From assembly GCF_009914755.1 (NCBI RefSeq), contig NC_060947.1: a stretch of 64,000 nt of DNA; one strand, 5' to 3'. Position numbers and translations under genes: made by a program. Position 1 is the first letter of the stretch. Each line of letters begins with the position of its first letter. Shown here in pieces: positions 44,885 to 58,348 of the stretch. Source of the stretch: the human T2T-CHM13v2.0 reference genome, Homo sapiens. The notes under the pieces are model-generated. The model was not told the DNA's origin and did not search any database. It worked only from the letters and a program-made list of their open reading frames with translations.

Positions 44885-46128
44885 GGATAGTTACTATTTG
44901 TAATAAATTACTTAATCTGGGTGGCTCCAGAGAACAAAGATGGGACAATTGGCATGACTGACGGCTAAAAAAAAAGAAAGTAAAAGAAATAACTTTCAAA
45001 TATTTGCAGCTGTTTAAAATGGCGTGGGAACAAAGTAGGGCAAGATGAATCTTCTCAATGAAATATTCTGTTTACAATGTTACCCCTCCCATAGGGCTCA
45101 GTACGTTCCCAGAGTCTGGGAGTCAGGACCTTGAAACAGCATGCTTCCACTAGACACCAGACCCTCAACCATCTGGCTGTGAAGTCTCTGACTTTTTTGA
45201 CCTATTAGATGAAGAGCAACCCATCTCTGAGCAGAAGAGTCAACATCCTACAATAAAACTTCTTGTATTTTTTTTTCTTAGAAACTTCATATCATAGGAT
45301 CATAGGACACTGGAGGAAAGGAACCCCTCAAATCATCTAAGCCTTCAATTAAGTCCATAGTTCAGACCCTGTAAACTGAGGATGCCCAAGAGGGATGCAG
45401 AAGAAACACTTGTGGACAATGTGATATCTTACCCCATCAACTGTGATCATCTTGACTTTAATTCTGTACACTCATGAATCCCTTCAAAAATAGAATTTTA
45501 ACTTTCTTTGTGCCTGTCTGACAGTGTCAGTGGTTTTACTCTTTGTTTCCTCTAGCATATTCTATCAGCTCACTGGAGAGCCAAGCTGGGTTGTGGCCAA
45601 AATCATAGCATCAACTTTTTATGTTCTACAAGCAAGAGTCTCTGACACAGGTAGCATAAATAATGCTCCCCATAGCTCCTGCTGAGCTAGGGCTTTTCTG
45701 AATTATCTCTCATGCCCTTCTTTCCACTCTTCGTCCATGCAGTATGTCGCAAGCTTCCCCCAGCCCCATTACAAAGGGCCCCATTGCAGGTGTAGTAGCT
45801 CTAAACCTACTGTTTACACCACAGGAAACCAAAGAAGTAGATCTGTCTTGCTACATTTTTCACCCACTTAAGTAAGCTGAGTCACTCCATATTGGCTCAG
45901 AACCCACTGCACAGTAAAGAGGAGAAACTGGGACGTTATGGCCTCTTCTACCTCTCTGAATTTTTCTCACAGTGCAGACCTCAGAGGGAAGAGCTTTTCT
46001 CCTTACACTTTTGATTCTCCAAGCCTGGATTCTGATATGCTAAAAAGGAGATTTGGGTAGTTAGAAAAATCTTCTCCTAATAATGTATAGCTTTCAAAAT
46101 ATTTTCCTGGGATAGAATTCTATTTTAA

Positions 46129-46423
<295 letters not shown>

Positions 46424-46664
46424 GTTTTCTTTCATTTCTTATTCTCCATCTGATTTCCTTAGAAGTAAATGGATGTCTTAAGCTAAGAAAAAAAATGTAC
46501 CCCAAAATGCAAACGGAAAATCATTTATGTTTTTTCAAATAATTTCTTATATTACATGTATTATCATTTATTCAGTACTATTCATGCTATGTGCATTTTT
46601 ATTTTTATGTATATGAATTTTATATATGCTATAACACTGTACAAGTCACGATTATTTCAAAAGT

Positions 46665-47165
46665 ACTTAAGAGAAACCCAACTCAAACTATTTAAGCAAA
46701 AACAAAAGTGGGGTGGGGGACTCACAAATTGGAAAGTGCAACAGGTAACCTGCTTCAGATACAGGAGGATTCAGGAGCACACTTCTCTCCCCTCAACTCC
46801 TTTCTGTGCATTGGGTTCATTCTGTAGACAGATTCTTTCCATGTGCAAGGGAAGATGACTGCCCACACCTCCAGGTTTACATGCTCCCAGTTTAGAAAGC
46901 CAAACAGAAAAAAAGCTTATATTCTCCCCAGCACCCAAAAGTTAATCCAGAGAAGGCATCTTATTGGTCATGCTTAGATCTGGTGCCAACCCCTGGACCA
47001 ATCACTGTTGCCAAGGGATAGATATTATAAAAGGCCCATTCTATATTATATGATTATCACTATAGCCAAGGTTGAGGGGCATCATAATTAACAACCCCAC
47101 TAGGATCACATGGAATGAGGGAAGGGACAGTCCCTCAAAGGACACAGAGGGCTGGACATACCAAA
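46665..47165 (-). mobile_element. Old MLT1 LTR (MLT1J/K/L-like)
   Basis: 'agaaacccaactcaaacta', 'cccctggaccaatcactgttgccaaggg'. Confidence 0.7.
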
Positions 47166-47549
47166 ACATCAGATTTCAACTTTACAAACATCACCTCAAT
47201 CCTTAAAATTCCTTAAACTTATTCTCATTTAATTCAAGTAAGCTAAATAATTTTCTCAAAATCACAGTCGTATAAAAGAACAGGAATCTAAAGCCAGTCT
47301 TGACTGATTCACAATGCCCTTGTTCTTTCCACTATATCTTCTACTTTTTTAATGCCATCCCATCCTTGAGTGATATCCAGTGCCTTCTGCTTCCATTCTT
47401 TAACCCCAGTCAAAACATGCTCTGAAATGAGTTGACAAACTCAGTCATACTCAGCTGTCTGACACTGAGTGACTGAGATTCAGGTATTCCTCCGAGGGAA
47501 AATTATAATTTAGCATTTATCAACTTTGGGGAGAAGAATGACTTGACAA

Positions 47550-47775
47550 TTAAGGAGATTAATTTAAGAGTCAGACAGACATGAATTGCCTTACCTCCAA
47601 CACTTGCTAGGTGTGTGATCTTGGGAAAGTTTTCACTTTGAGCTTTAGGCTACTCATCTATAAAATGGAGATAATAATTCATAGGAAAACAGAGATGTTG
47701 TGAAGATTAACTGAGTTTGTTCTGTTAAAATGCCCAGCCCAGGACCTTTCATGCAGCTGATGTTAAATAAATATT
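47550..47775 (+). mobile_element. MIR
   Basis: 'gtgtgatcttgggaaagtt...ctcatctataaaatggagataataat'. Confidence 0.85.
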
Positions 47776-47899
47776 CATTTTTCTGCTATTCAAAAAAAAA
47801 TCCAAGTTTTGTTATTAACCTATAGATGAGGGAAGTTCAAGGAGGGCCAAGGGCCCTTCTTCTTCCTCTGAAATCATATCATATAAATGCCTTATATGT

Positions 47900-48120
47900 G
47901 TATAGCTTTACCACCTTAATTTTTTTCAAGTATCTTAGAGCTCTTGATCATTTTAACAATGCATCAGGGAGGCAAGGCAGGCCTTGTTAAGCCCTATTTC
48001 ACTGATTAGAAAACACAGGTTCTAAGAAAGTTGAGTCACTTTGCTAAATATTACTCAGCTAATACCTGAGATAACTGGAGCCAGAACTGAGAGTTTATGT
48101 CTTCTAATCCAGAACTATCT
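47900..48120 (-). mobile_element. MIR
   Basis: 'cctatttcactgattagaaaacacaggttctaagaaagttgagtcactttgc'. Confidence 0.7.
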
Positions 48121-48307
48121 TCTGGTGGATAAGATCATGTCTCTTAGTAGTCATGGTGTGGGAGAGAGCCATTTCTTTTCTATTTCCCCACATGGAATTT
48201 TTTCTCCTCCTCCCATTTTACCTACCACTAGGTTGCCAATGGCTCACCCAGGTTAGAGCCAAGAGAGGAAGAACAGGTATGGAACAAGATAAGTCTTACG
48301 TGACTGG

Positions 48308-48836
48308 TGTATAGGGTTCTCCAGAGAAACAAAACCAATAGAATATATTTTTTTCTATTACGTACATATATTACATATATAATATACTGTAATATGTACA
48401 TATAATATTATATATCCAATATACTTGTTATAAGGAATTGACTCACCTAATTATGGAGTATGACAAGTCTCAAGATCTGCAGGATACCCAGGAGAGCTGA
48501 TGATGTATTTCCAGTCTGAAGGCCAGTAGGCCCAAGACAAGGAAGAGCTGATGCTTCAGTTCAAGTCTGAAGACAGGAAAAAATTAATGTCCCCATTTGA
48601 AGGCAATCAGGCAGGACGAATTCCCTCTTACTCACAGGAGGGTTAGTATTTTTATTTTATTCAGGTGTTCAACTGATTGGATGGGACTCACCCACGTTAG
48701 GGAGGGCCATCTTCTTTATTCCATCTAGGGATTCCAATATTAATCTCATCCAAAACACTCTCACAGATACACCTAGAATCATGTATGACCAAATGTATGG
48801 GCCCAGTCAAATTGACACATAAAATTAACCATCACA
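48308..48836 (-). mobile_element. MLT2 (ERVL) solo LTR with internal AT-rich tract
   Basis: 'agggttctccagagaaac...aaattgacacataaaattaaccatcaca'; TSD actgg at 48303-48307 and 48837-48841. Confidence 0.92.
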
Positions 48837-50159
48837 ACTGGTAAAAGACGCTAGCTGATCTTGGTGCATTATGGATGTGATGAATTCTTCATCTTATGAG
48901 GCAAATACATAGGTTCCTCAGAGATAACTGCTGAGGCCTTTCAACTTGTTTTTGCATGATGCATTTTCTCTGGCTGTCAACTTACAGTTTCTACCCTCAG
49001 TTCCTGGGCATTGGACTATTCCAGCCCACAGACTCTCCACTGGGACCTACCATGAACCCAGGTAAATTCAATTATGCTTGGGCAAAATTCAAAATGGCGC
49101 CAAGCAATCACCTTCACATGTGTTTCAAATTTGGTCACAGACAATACACATTCTTGCCCTCTTGTCAGTGAGAAGCAATTTACTCTGTATGTAGCTTTTT
49201 CTCTCTATAATCTTCCACTCTAGTTCAACACAGCCAGTTTCTCTTGCCAGAATTTATGCAGCCCCCTCAAACTCCAGGTTCACATGCCAAGCTCTCTTAG
49301 TGGTTTTACTAAAGCACCCTTTCATACTTGGCTTAAGGTGAATGATAGAACCTTCTCTCTTCCTCCATTTTAGTGGTAGAAGAAGTTGCATAGTACATCA
49401 ATTTTTCCCACAAAAAATTGCTCTCTCGGGCTCCTTCAGTCTCGATACATTAATATCTTCCAGGTGTGTGTTTAGATATGCATCACAAAATCAGTTTCCT
49501 ACCACCCTCTTTGGTTAAGATGGCAAATTTTATGTTATGTATTTTTTATGACAATCAAAAAAATTTAAAGACAGAGAACATAGAAACCCTCGGAGCCACT
49601 GCCATCCCAATGAATTTAAATTTAGTCTGGGGCTATTTGTCATGGTTTTGTCACAGGTTCCATGAAGAAATTTTTTTACATACAAAAGTATAATTTAAAA
49701 ACTCACTTCAGTGAAACAAAACAAAAGGGCATCTCCTTTCATTTCATAGTTGGTAACACTGCTTTTTGTTGTTGTTGAAGTGATATATTTCCCAAAGCAG
49801 GGTGATTCTGTCTTAAATGTCACCCCATTTGGAACTCACTTCCTCTGCAAATCTTTGCTTCTAGTGCTTCTCAGCTGAGTGCAGTGCCCTCAGGGTCTAG
49901 TGAGTCTCTGCTCCATTGATTTTTCCCGTACCAGAAGGTCCACCTGAGGGATTGGCATGTGACTGATTTATTGCTGTATTACCAGCACCCAGCACAGCCT
50001 TGCCAGCACAGCCTTGCCCACAGGGCAAGGAGCTCAGGCAATGTTTGTTAACTGATCATTATAGGAAGAGAAAGCTGTGTGTTTAATTTACTCAATGACA
50101 ATTAGGGGATGGTTCCCTATCCTCCAGGAATTCAGTGTCTACTTGGGAATGTTTTCTTT

Positions 50160-50625
50160 CCCTCATTATAAGATCCTGGAGATCAGGGCCTGTGTTTTAG
50201 TCATCTCTGTATCCTCATCATCTAGCATAATTCTTGGCACACAGAGTTCCCAAACTGGCCCACGTAACTACTCCTAATGGCAAAGGAGAAGAGACACATA
50301 TCCGTAAAGGGATATGGGAGACCTCATTTGAAGTGCCCTTCACAAGCAGAAACTTCTTTTTTTTGTAAGCGTTTTGTGTGATTATATTATTAAATTTTAC
50401 AGCAACGTTATTAGGTGCAATTATTATTCCCATTTTATAGGCAGAAAAACTGAGATACAGATGTTAAAGGACTTGTTCATTCTCCCACAGCTAGATAGGC
50501 TGCAAACCTAGAATTCAAACTCAAATTGAAATCCAAACTACAAAAATAAATCCCCAAAAGCAATACCGATTTCAAAATTCTGGTATGTGGTAGGTGCTCA
50601 ATAAATGTTTGTTGAATTAATGAAT
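50160..50625. mobile_element. L2 3' ends (+) around a MIR (-, ~50390-50530)
   Basis: 'taagatcctggagatcaggg', 'cccattttataggcagaaaaactgaga', 'taggtgctcaataaatgtttgttgaattaatgaa'. Confidence 0.75.
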
Positions 50626-50637
50626 GGTTCTGAAATT

Positions 50638-51325
50638 ATTTTTTTCATTTTTTTATTATACTTTAAGTTCTAGGGTACATGTGCACAACGTGCAGGTTTG
50701 TTACATATGTATACATGTGCCATGTTGGTGTGCTGCACCCATCAACTCATCATTTACATTAGGTGTATCTCCTAATGCTATCCCTCCCCCCTCCCCCCAC
50801 CCCACAACAGGCCCTGGTGTGTGATGTTCCCCATCCTGTGTCTAAGTGTTCACATTGTTCAATTCCCACCTATGAGTGAGAACATGTGTTTGGTTTTCTG
50901 TCCTTGCAATAGTTTGCTCAGAATAATGGTTTCCAGCTCCATCCATGTCCCTACAAAGGACATGAACTCATCATTTTTTATGGCTGCATAGTATCCCATG
51001 GTGTCTATGTGCCACATTTTCTTAATCCAGTCTATCATTGATGGACATTTGGGTTGGTTCCAAGTCTTTGCTATTGTGAATAGTGCCGCAATAAACATAC
51101 ATGTGCATGTGTCTTTATAGCAGCATGACTTATAATCCTTTGGGTATATACCCAGTAATGGGATGGCTGGGTCAAATGGTATTTCTAGTTCCAGATCCCT
51201 GAGGAATCGCCACACTGTCTTCCACAAGGGTTGAACTAGTTTACAGTCCCACCAACAGTGTAAAAGTGTTCCTATTTCTCCACATCCTCTCCAGCACCTG
51301 TTGTTTCCTGACTTTTTAATGATCG
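50638..51325 (-). mobile_element. 5'-truncated L1PA (approx. L1PA5) 3' end
   Basis: T tail, 3'UTR, ORF2 C-terminal Cys motif (ORF 50859-51332). Confidence 0.95.
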
Positions 51326-52287
51326 ACTTCAAAGAAGTCTCTGCTTGAAAAGTGACACAAGCAGAAACTTCTTTGAAGTCTTGTGTTCTATCTTAAAACT
51401 TCATGTGAGTATTATATTCCACAACATAGCCATCTTTGCTATTAAAAAATGTTTTAGATCACTTAACACTGAATAAAAATATGCTCCAGAAAGATGCCCA
51501 TGCAACACTAACTCAAACACCCAGCTAAGCAGGTAGGAGGTTCTAGATTCTACTTATCAAGCCCACTGTAAGGCTTGATAGCAGTTTTCATGAAGGACCT
51601 GGCTTTTCCTGAGGCTAACTGGCACAATTAGTAGTGAAGATAAATTGTGCTTCAATTTTTGTCTAAAATGACTTAACAAAATCATTCTGCCCCAGATGTG
51701 AAGAGTGGTAAGCTAGGCTGCACACCAGAAACAGGGGGACAGAATTTTTCATAGGGGAGGAGTGTAAGGAAATGGGAATGATGTAGTAAGGGCTGGCCTG
51801 CCTGGGAACATTTTGCTTTGCATCAGATTTGGATAACTCCAGTTTTTGATCACTGGCTTCATCCAAAAGTATCTGCTCTGACAATGGTGGGCCTGCGTGT
51901 GTCGCAGTAACACATTTGGACTAAGGGTGAGGGGACTTGTAAAATGAGAAAATAATTTAAACTGACCTAAAAACAAAGAGGTATGTATAGGATGGCATTA
52001 TTTTAAATCATTGTTCCACAGGGGAGCAGGGAGAACAGTTGGGGTGAATTGAAAGACAAATTAAAGAAAAATTTAAATTGTTTTCAGGAAGCTAATGCCA
52101 ACTATTCCAAGGCCATTTTTTATCGTTCTCTATTTTACAGCCCTAGACTGAGCCTTTATTCTGGTGCTTCCTGAGTTCCCGACCCAGGTTATAGTTGGAA
52201 TCCCAACCCCAAGAGCCATGTCACAAAATGAATAAATAGTTGGCCACAAATGGGACAGCTAAAATAACATGAAAGATGCATAATAGA

Positions 52288-52400
52288 CCAGAGCTTCTCA
52301 ACTTTAATACGCATATGAGTCACTTGGGAATCTTTTTAAAATGCATGTTCTCATTAAATAGGTCTGGAGTGGGACCTGAGACTGCACATCTAACAGGTGA
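52288..52400. mobile_element. MER5-type fragment
   Basis: 'cttctcaactttaat...taggtctggagtgggacctgagactgcacatctaacag'. Confidence 0.75.
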
Positions 52401-53020
52401 TCGCCATGCCTGATAATCTAGACCTCTTTCCACTAATGCCCACCTCCTGAGTTCACTCTTTCAACTTTGATAGTCTCTCTGTGGACTCTTGAGATTTCAG
52501 AGGAAAGGTGCAATTTGAATTCAAGGCAATCAATATTTGCTTCATGTTATCATTATATTAAGTGCTTTTTGTTGAACACTGTGGACCACAAATAATCCTG
52601 TCTCCCTAGGCCAAATAGAAACACATCCGGACCCAAAGAAATCAGGCAATAGGCAATAAAAAAAGGATAACTGGGGTAAAAAAGTTATCTCCAAGTTACT
52701 GATGCTCCATGACCCAAGATACTAATATAGGTCTCACACAATTATGGAGAAAAAAAAAAGAATAAAATTTATCTTACTTACTATTTTGCAAGTACTCTAT
52801 TAGGAATGTTGAAAGAGGTAGCTCAGTTATTACAACTAAGGGAGGTAAGTGGAAAGACTCTAAGCATGCTTCCTGGCACACAGTAACTGCTCAGTAAATA
52901 ATAACCTCTCAGGAAATCTTAAAACTGCCAATGGCAGTTTTCAGAAAGGCAAAGGCTGGTTTTGAAAAAAGCAGAGACACATAATCAGAACCAGAAACCC
53001 TTAGAAATACAGAGAAAGAC

Positions 53021-53490
53021 TGTAACAGTCAGAGTTCTCCAGAGAAACAGAACCACACTCACACACACACGCACACACACACACATTATTTATATATATA
53101 TATATAAATATATATATATACACACACACATACGCACACACATATACGTATGAGAGAGAGATTTTTAAGGAATTGGATCACATGACTGTGGGGGCTGGCA
53201 AATCCATAATCTACAGGCAGGCTGAGAGGCTGGAAAGTCAGGCAGAAGTTGCTGCTTTAGTCTTGAGGCAGAATTTCTTCAGGAAACTTCAGTTTTTGAT
53301 CTTAAAGCCTTCAACTGATTAGATGAATTCCACTCACATTATTGAGCATAATCTTTTTTACTTAAAGTTAACTGATTGTAAATAATAACCATATCAACTA
53401 AGTGCTTTCACAGTAGCACTTAGATTAGTGGTCAATTAAATAACTGAATACTACAGTCTAGGCAAATTGACACATAAAGTTAACCATTAG
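53021..53490 (-). mobile_element. MLT2 solo LTR containing a (CA)n(TA)n(CA)n microsatellite at ~53058-53150
   Basis: 'agagttctccagagaaacagaacca...aaattgacacataaagttaacca'. Confidence 0.88.
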
Positions 53491-53504
53491 AGAGATCATT
53501 CTAG

Positions 53505-53660
53505 ATTATTGGTTCTCAATATTGACTTCACATTAGAATCACTTGAGGGCTTTTTAAAATACTAAAGCCAGGCCTCATTATCAAGAGGTTCCAAAATTGT
53601 TAATAGCTCCCCAGCTGATTCTAATGTGCAGTGCACATATGGTGAAGAACCACTGATACA
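53505..53660. mobile_element. MER5A-like
   Basis: 'tggttctcaat...cacattagaatcacttg...gctccccagctgattctaatgtgcag...agaaccactg'. Confidence 0.8.
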
Positions 53661-54404
53661 GAGACCAATGTACCTCATTTTACACATAAAGAAACTGAAG
53701 CCAAGAGAAAATAGGAGATTTGCCCAGCATCCTTTAATAATCAAAAGCTAGATCTGGGTTTCCTAATTCTTAACTCAATATGTTACTAACATCTACCTCT
53801 GCTTGAATAGATGAATTTCTGAAGGTATTCCATAATATAATATCTGGAAATTTTTTTAATACTTTGGTGCTGAGGTGGTAAAGAGTAGGTAGGGTGGTAT
53901 CAATAAAACAAGAGTCATCATGAGGTGATGATTGTTGGAAGCAAGTAATAAGTACATGGGGGTTCTGGTACTATTCCCTTTACTTTTGTATAAGTTAGCA
54001 ATTGTCATTAATACTGCCTATAAAATCAAAAACAAAAACAAGTAATTCCATGCCTCTGCCAAACTGCATCAGGCTATCAACTATATCTGGCTTTCACTGA
54101 GTTTGAAGAAACCTTCCCTACTTTTCAACTCTAGCTGGAAACATGAGAATGGCCTGTCAGTTCTAGTGACTTCCCTAAAACTGTAATGAGTTATGATTCC
54201 TGGGCTGTAAACATCCCTAAAATAAAAACAACAAAGCAAAAACTTATTTTAATATGCTCTATAAATATGTTGCTAACAAATACAAAGTTGTCCATTAAAC
54301 AGCCCCAAGTTTTGATAAGCCAACTGTGAAACACAGGCTTAACCTTGGTGAGGTTGCAGAGCACATGAGACTGAGTTGCCCAATATTAAGCATGGAAAGA
54401 TTAT

Positions 54405-55890
54405 AATGCTGTTGTTGAATAGGGTATTCTATAGATGTCACTTATGTCGAGTTGGTTGATGGCACTGTTCAAGTTTCCTTAACCTTTTCTAATTATTTTT
54501 CTTGTTGCTCTATCCATTATTAAACATGGAATATTGACATCTCCAACACTTACTGTTGAATTGTCTATTTCTCACTTTAATTCTGTCCATTTTTCTTGAT
54601 GTATTTTGACACTCTGTTGTTAGATCCATATATGTCTATAATTGTTATTTTTTGATAGATTGACTCTTTTATCATTATAACTTGCCCCTCTTTATCTCTA
54701 GTAATATTTTTGTTTTAAATTCTATTTGTGTAAGATTAATAAAACCACTCCAGCTTTCTTAGGATTGTTGTTTGCATGGTATTACATTTTCCATATTTTT
54801 ACTTTTAGCTCATTTGTATCTCTGAATCTAAAGTATCTTTTATGAACAGCAAATAGTTGAATCTTGTTTTCAAAATCCAATTTAACAATTTCTGTCTTTT
54901 GGTTGAAGTGTTTGATCATTTTACAGTTATTGTAATTACTGTTTTGTTTTTTTGTTTGTTTTTTTTTTTTTTTTTTTTTTGAGGCAGGGACTCACTCTGT
55001 CACCCAGGGTGGAGTGCAGTGGCACAGTCTTGCTCATTTCAACCTCTGCCTGCTGGGCTCAAACAATCCTCTCACCTCAGCCTCCCAAGCAGCTGGGACT
55101 ATAGGCACGTGCCACTACCCGGCTAATTTTTGTGTTTTGTTTTTTTATATAGAGAGAGAGACAGGGTTTCACTACGTAACCCAGGCTGGTCTTGAACTCT
55201 GGGACTCAAGTGATCTGCCCACCTCAGCCTCCCAAAGTGCTAGGACTACAGGCATCAGCCACTGCACCCGGCCTGTAATTACAATTAAAGTAGGATGTAT
55301 GTCTACCATTCTGCTATTTTTCTATGTGGATATATTTGTTTCTCTGTTTTACTTTACTGCCTTCTTCTGTCTTAAGTGATTATTTTCTACTATACCATTT
55401 TAATTCATTTAATAATTTTTTATTATATTTTTAATTTTCCCAGTGGTTATTCTAGGGGTGGCAATATACATTTTAACATTTCAAAATCTACGTGTATATT
55501 TATACTAACTTAATTCAGTAAAATACAGAAACTTTGCTCCAACATAGCTCCCTTCTTTCCTCCTCCTTTGTGTCATTATTAATGTACATATTACATCTAT
55601 ATATGTTATAAACACAACAATACAGCATAAGAATTGCTTTATACAATCTTTATCTTTTAAATGAGTTAAGAAAATAAAAGAGAGAAATATAGGGTCTTTT
55701 ATTAGCCTACATATTCACCATTTTTGCTATTTTTTATTTCTTGCTCTGGACTTGAGTTACCACCTGGTGTCATTTTCTTGCTCCTATATAGATCTGTATC
55801 CTCTCCCCTCCTTTGTGCTATTATTGTCATATATGTTACATCTTTATATATTATAATCCCAATACAATTTTATAACTAGTATTTTATGCA
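54405..55890 (-). mobile_element. Old L1 (L1MC/ME-like) EN and inter-ORF region, split by an Alu
   Basis: 'tgctgttgttgaatagggtattctatagatgtca', 'gttgaattgtctatttctc'. Confidence 0.8.
54941..55273 (-). mobile_element. AluJ
   Basis: Poly-T, 'gggctcaaacaatcctctcacctcagcc'; TSD tgtaattac on both sides. Confidence 0.93.
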
Positions 55891-55929
55891 ATTATCTTGC
55901 CAAGAAAAAAAAGATTAGATACATATAGA

Positions 55930-56074
55930 TAGTTAACACTTGAACAGCACAAGGGTTAGGGGCACTGACCCCACACACTGTTGAAAATCCATGTATAACT
56001 TGACTCCTCAAAAACTTAACTACTAGTAGCCATCTGTTGACCAGAAGCCTTACTGATAACATAAACAGTTAATT
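55930..56074 (+). mobile_element. Tigger2/MER8-type TcMar DNA transposon left end
   Basis: 'tagttaacacttgaacagcacaagggttaggggcactgacccc...gaaaatccatgtataact'. Confidence 0.8.
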
Positions 56075-56075
56075 A

Positions 56076-56671
56076 GGACACATACATCTGACCAAGCAGG
56101 TGAAAGATCTCTACAAAAAGAAACGTAAAACATGGGTGAAAAAAAATCATAGATAACATAAACAAATGGAAAAATAGTCCACACTCATGGAATGGAAGAA
56201 TCAATTTCGCTAAAATGGCCATACTGCCCAAAGCAATCTGCAGATGCAATGCTATTTCCATCAAACTACCAATGTCATTCCTCACAGAATTAGAAAAAAC
56301 TATTCCAAAATTCATATGGAACTGAAAAAGAGCCCCAACAGCTAAAGCAGTCCCAAGCAAAAAGAACAAAGCTAGAGGCATCACATTACCTGACTTCAAA
56401 CTATACTACAAAGCTACAGTGACCAAAACAGCATGGTACTGATACAAAAACAGACGCATAGAACAATAGAACAGAACAGAGAACCCATAAATAAAGCCAC
56501 ACAACTACAACCAACTGATCTTTTACAAAGTCAATGAAAATTAGCAATGGGGGAAAACACCCTGTTCAATAAATGGTGTCAAGATAATTGGCTAACTATA
56601 TGCATAAGAATGAAACTAGACCCCTACCTCTCATCAAATACAAATAATAACTCAAGATGGATTAAAGACTT
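56076..56671 (+). mobile_element. L1 ORF2 fragment (L1PB3/4- or L1PA16/17-like)
   Basis: 'aaaatggccatactgcccaaagcaatc', 'ggcatcacattacctgacttcaaactatactac'. Confidence 0.88.
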
Positions 56672-57612
56672 GAGGGAGAGGTGGAGCAACATGATAAATA
56701 GAAAGCTCCATCAATCGTCCCCCAAACAAGGACACCAAGTTAACAACTACCTACACAGAAGAAATAAAAAATAAAAAATAAAAACACCTTCAGAAGAACC
56801 AAGAATCAGGTGAGCACTCACAGTATCTGGTTTTATATCACTGAAAGAGGCTCTGAAGAGATAGAAAAAAACAGTCCTGAATCATTGGTGCCACTCATCC
56901 CCCACTCCTGGCAGCCATGATATGGTGTGGAGAGTATCTCTGGGAATTGGGGGAGGGAGAACACAGCAATTGTGAAGCATTGAACTCAGTGCTGTCCTGT
57001 TAGAGCAGAAAGGAAAACCAGACCAAACTCAACTGAGGCCTGCCCACAGAGGGAGCATTTAAACCAGCCCTAGCCAGAAGGGAATTGCAGATTCCAGTGG
57101 TCTGAACTCTGGTGCCAGCAAACCTTGCCACCAAGTGTCAAAGTGCTCTTGGTCTCTAAGTAAACTTGAAAGGCAGTCTAGGCCATAAAGATTGAAAGTA
57201 GTAGGCGAGTCCTAGGGCTGAACAAGGGCCAGACAGTGGATTGGGGAGGATTGTTACAAACTGAGACACCAGCTAGGGCAGCCAAGGTAGTTCTGGCATC
57301 ACCCCTCCCCTAGCCTCGGGCTGCACAACTCACATCTCCAAAGGAGACCCCTTTCTTCCACCTGAAGAGAGGAGAGGAAACCTGGGGAGGACTTGTCTTT
57401 CATCTTGAATACCAGCTCAGCCACAACAGGATAGGCACCAGTCAGAGAAGTGAGGCCCCTGATCTAGGCCCTAGCTCTCAGATGACATTTCTAGACACAC
57501 CCTGGGCAGGAATGGAAGCTGCTGCTTGAAGAAAAGGACTTAGTCCTGCCCGCATTCATCACCCACTAACTGAAGAGTCCTTGGGCCCTGAATAACCAGC
57601 AGCGATACCCAG

Positions 57613-58348
57613 TGATATGGTCTGGCTCTGTGTCCCCACCCAAATCTCATATTGAATTGTAATCAGAATTGTAATCCCCACGTGTTGGGGGAGGGACGCT
57701 GTGGGAGATGATTCGATTATGGAGGCAGTTTTCCCATGCTGTTCTAGTTGCGAGTGAGTGCTCACAAGATCTGATGGTTTATAAGGGGCGTTTCCCCACT
57801 TTGCTCAGCACTTCTTGCTGCCGCCATGTGAAGGAGGACATGTTTGCTTCCCCTTCCACCATGATTGTAAGTTTCCTAAGGCTTCCTCACCCTGAAGAAC
57901 TGTGAGTCAATTAAACCTCTTTACTTTATAAATTACCCAGTCTCAGGTACGTCCTTATAGCAGCATGAGGACAGACTAATACAGTAAATTGGTACCAGAA
58001 GTAGTGGAGTGCTGCTGTAAAGAGACCTAAAAAATGTGAAAACAACTTGGGAACTGGGTAACAGGCAGAGGTTGGAACAGTTTCAAAGACAGGAAGATGT
58101 GGGAAAGTTTGAAACGTCTTAGAAACTTGTCGAATAGTTTCAGCCAAAATGCTGATATTGATATGGACAATGAAGTCCAAGCTGAGGTGGTCTCAGATGG
58201 AGATGAGGAACTTGTTGGGAACTGGAGCAAAGGTGACTCTTGTTATGCTTTAGGAAATATCCTGGTGGCATTTTGCCCCTGCCCCAGAGATTTGTGGAAC
58301 TTTGAACTTGAGAGAGATGATCTGAGGTATCTGGAGGAAGAAATTTCT
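57613..58348 (+). mobile_element. THE1D-like 5' LTR (57613-57983) plus first ~365 bp of THE1-int
   Basis: 'tgatatggtctggctctgtgtccccacccaaatctc...actaataca|gtaaattggtacc'. Confidence 0.93.

Noticed and set aside
49090-49102. YY1-like motif aaaatggcg (also near 45016)
   Set aside because: Isolated short motifs with no CpG island or promoter context; expected by chance
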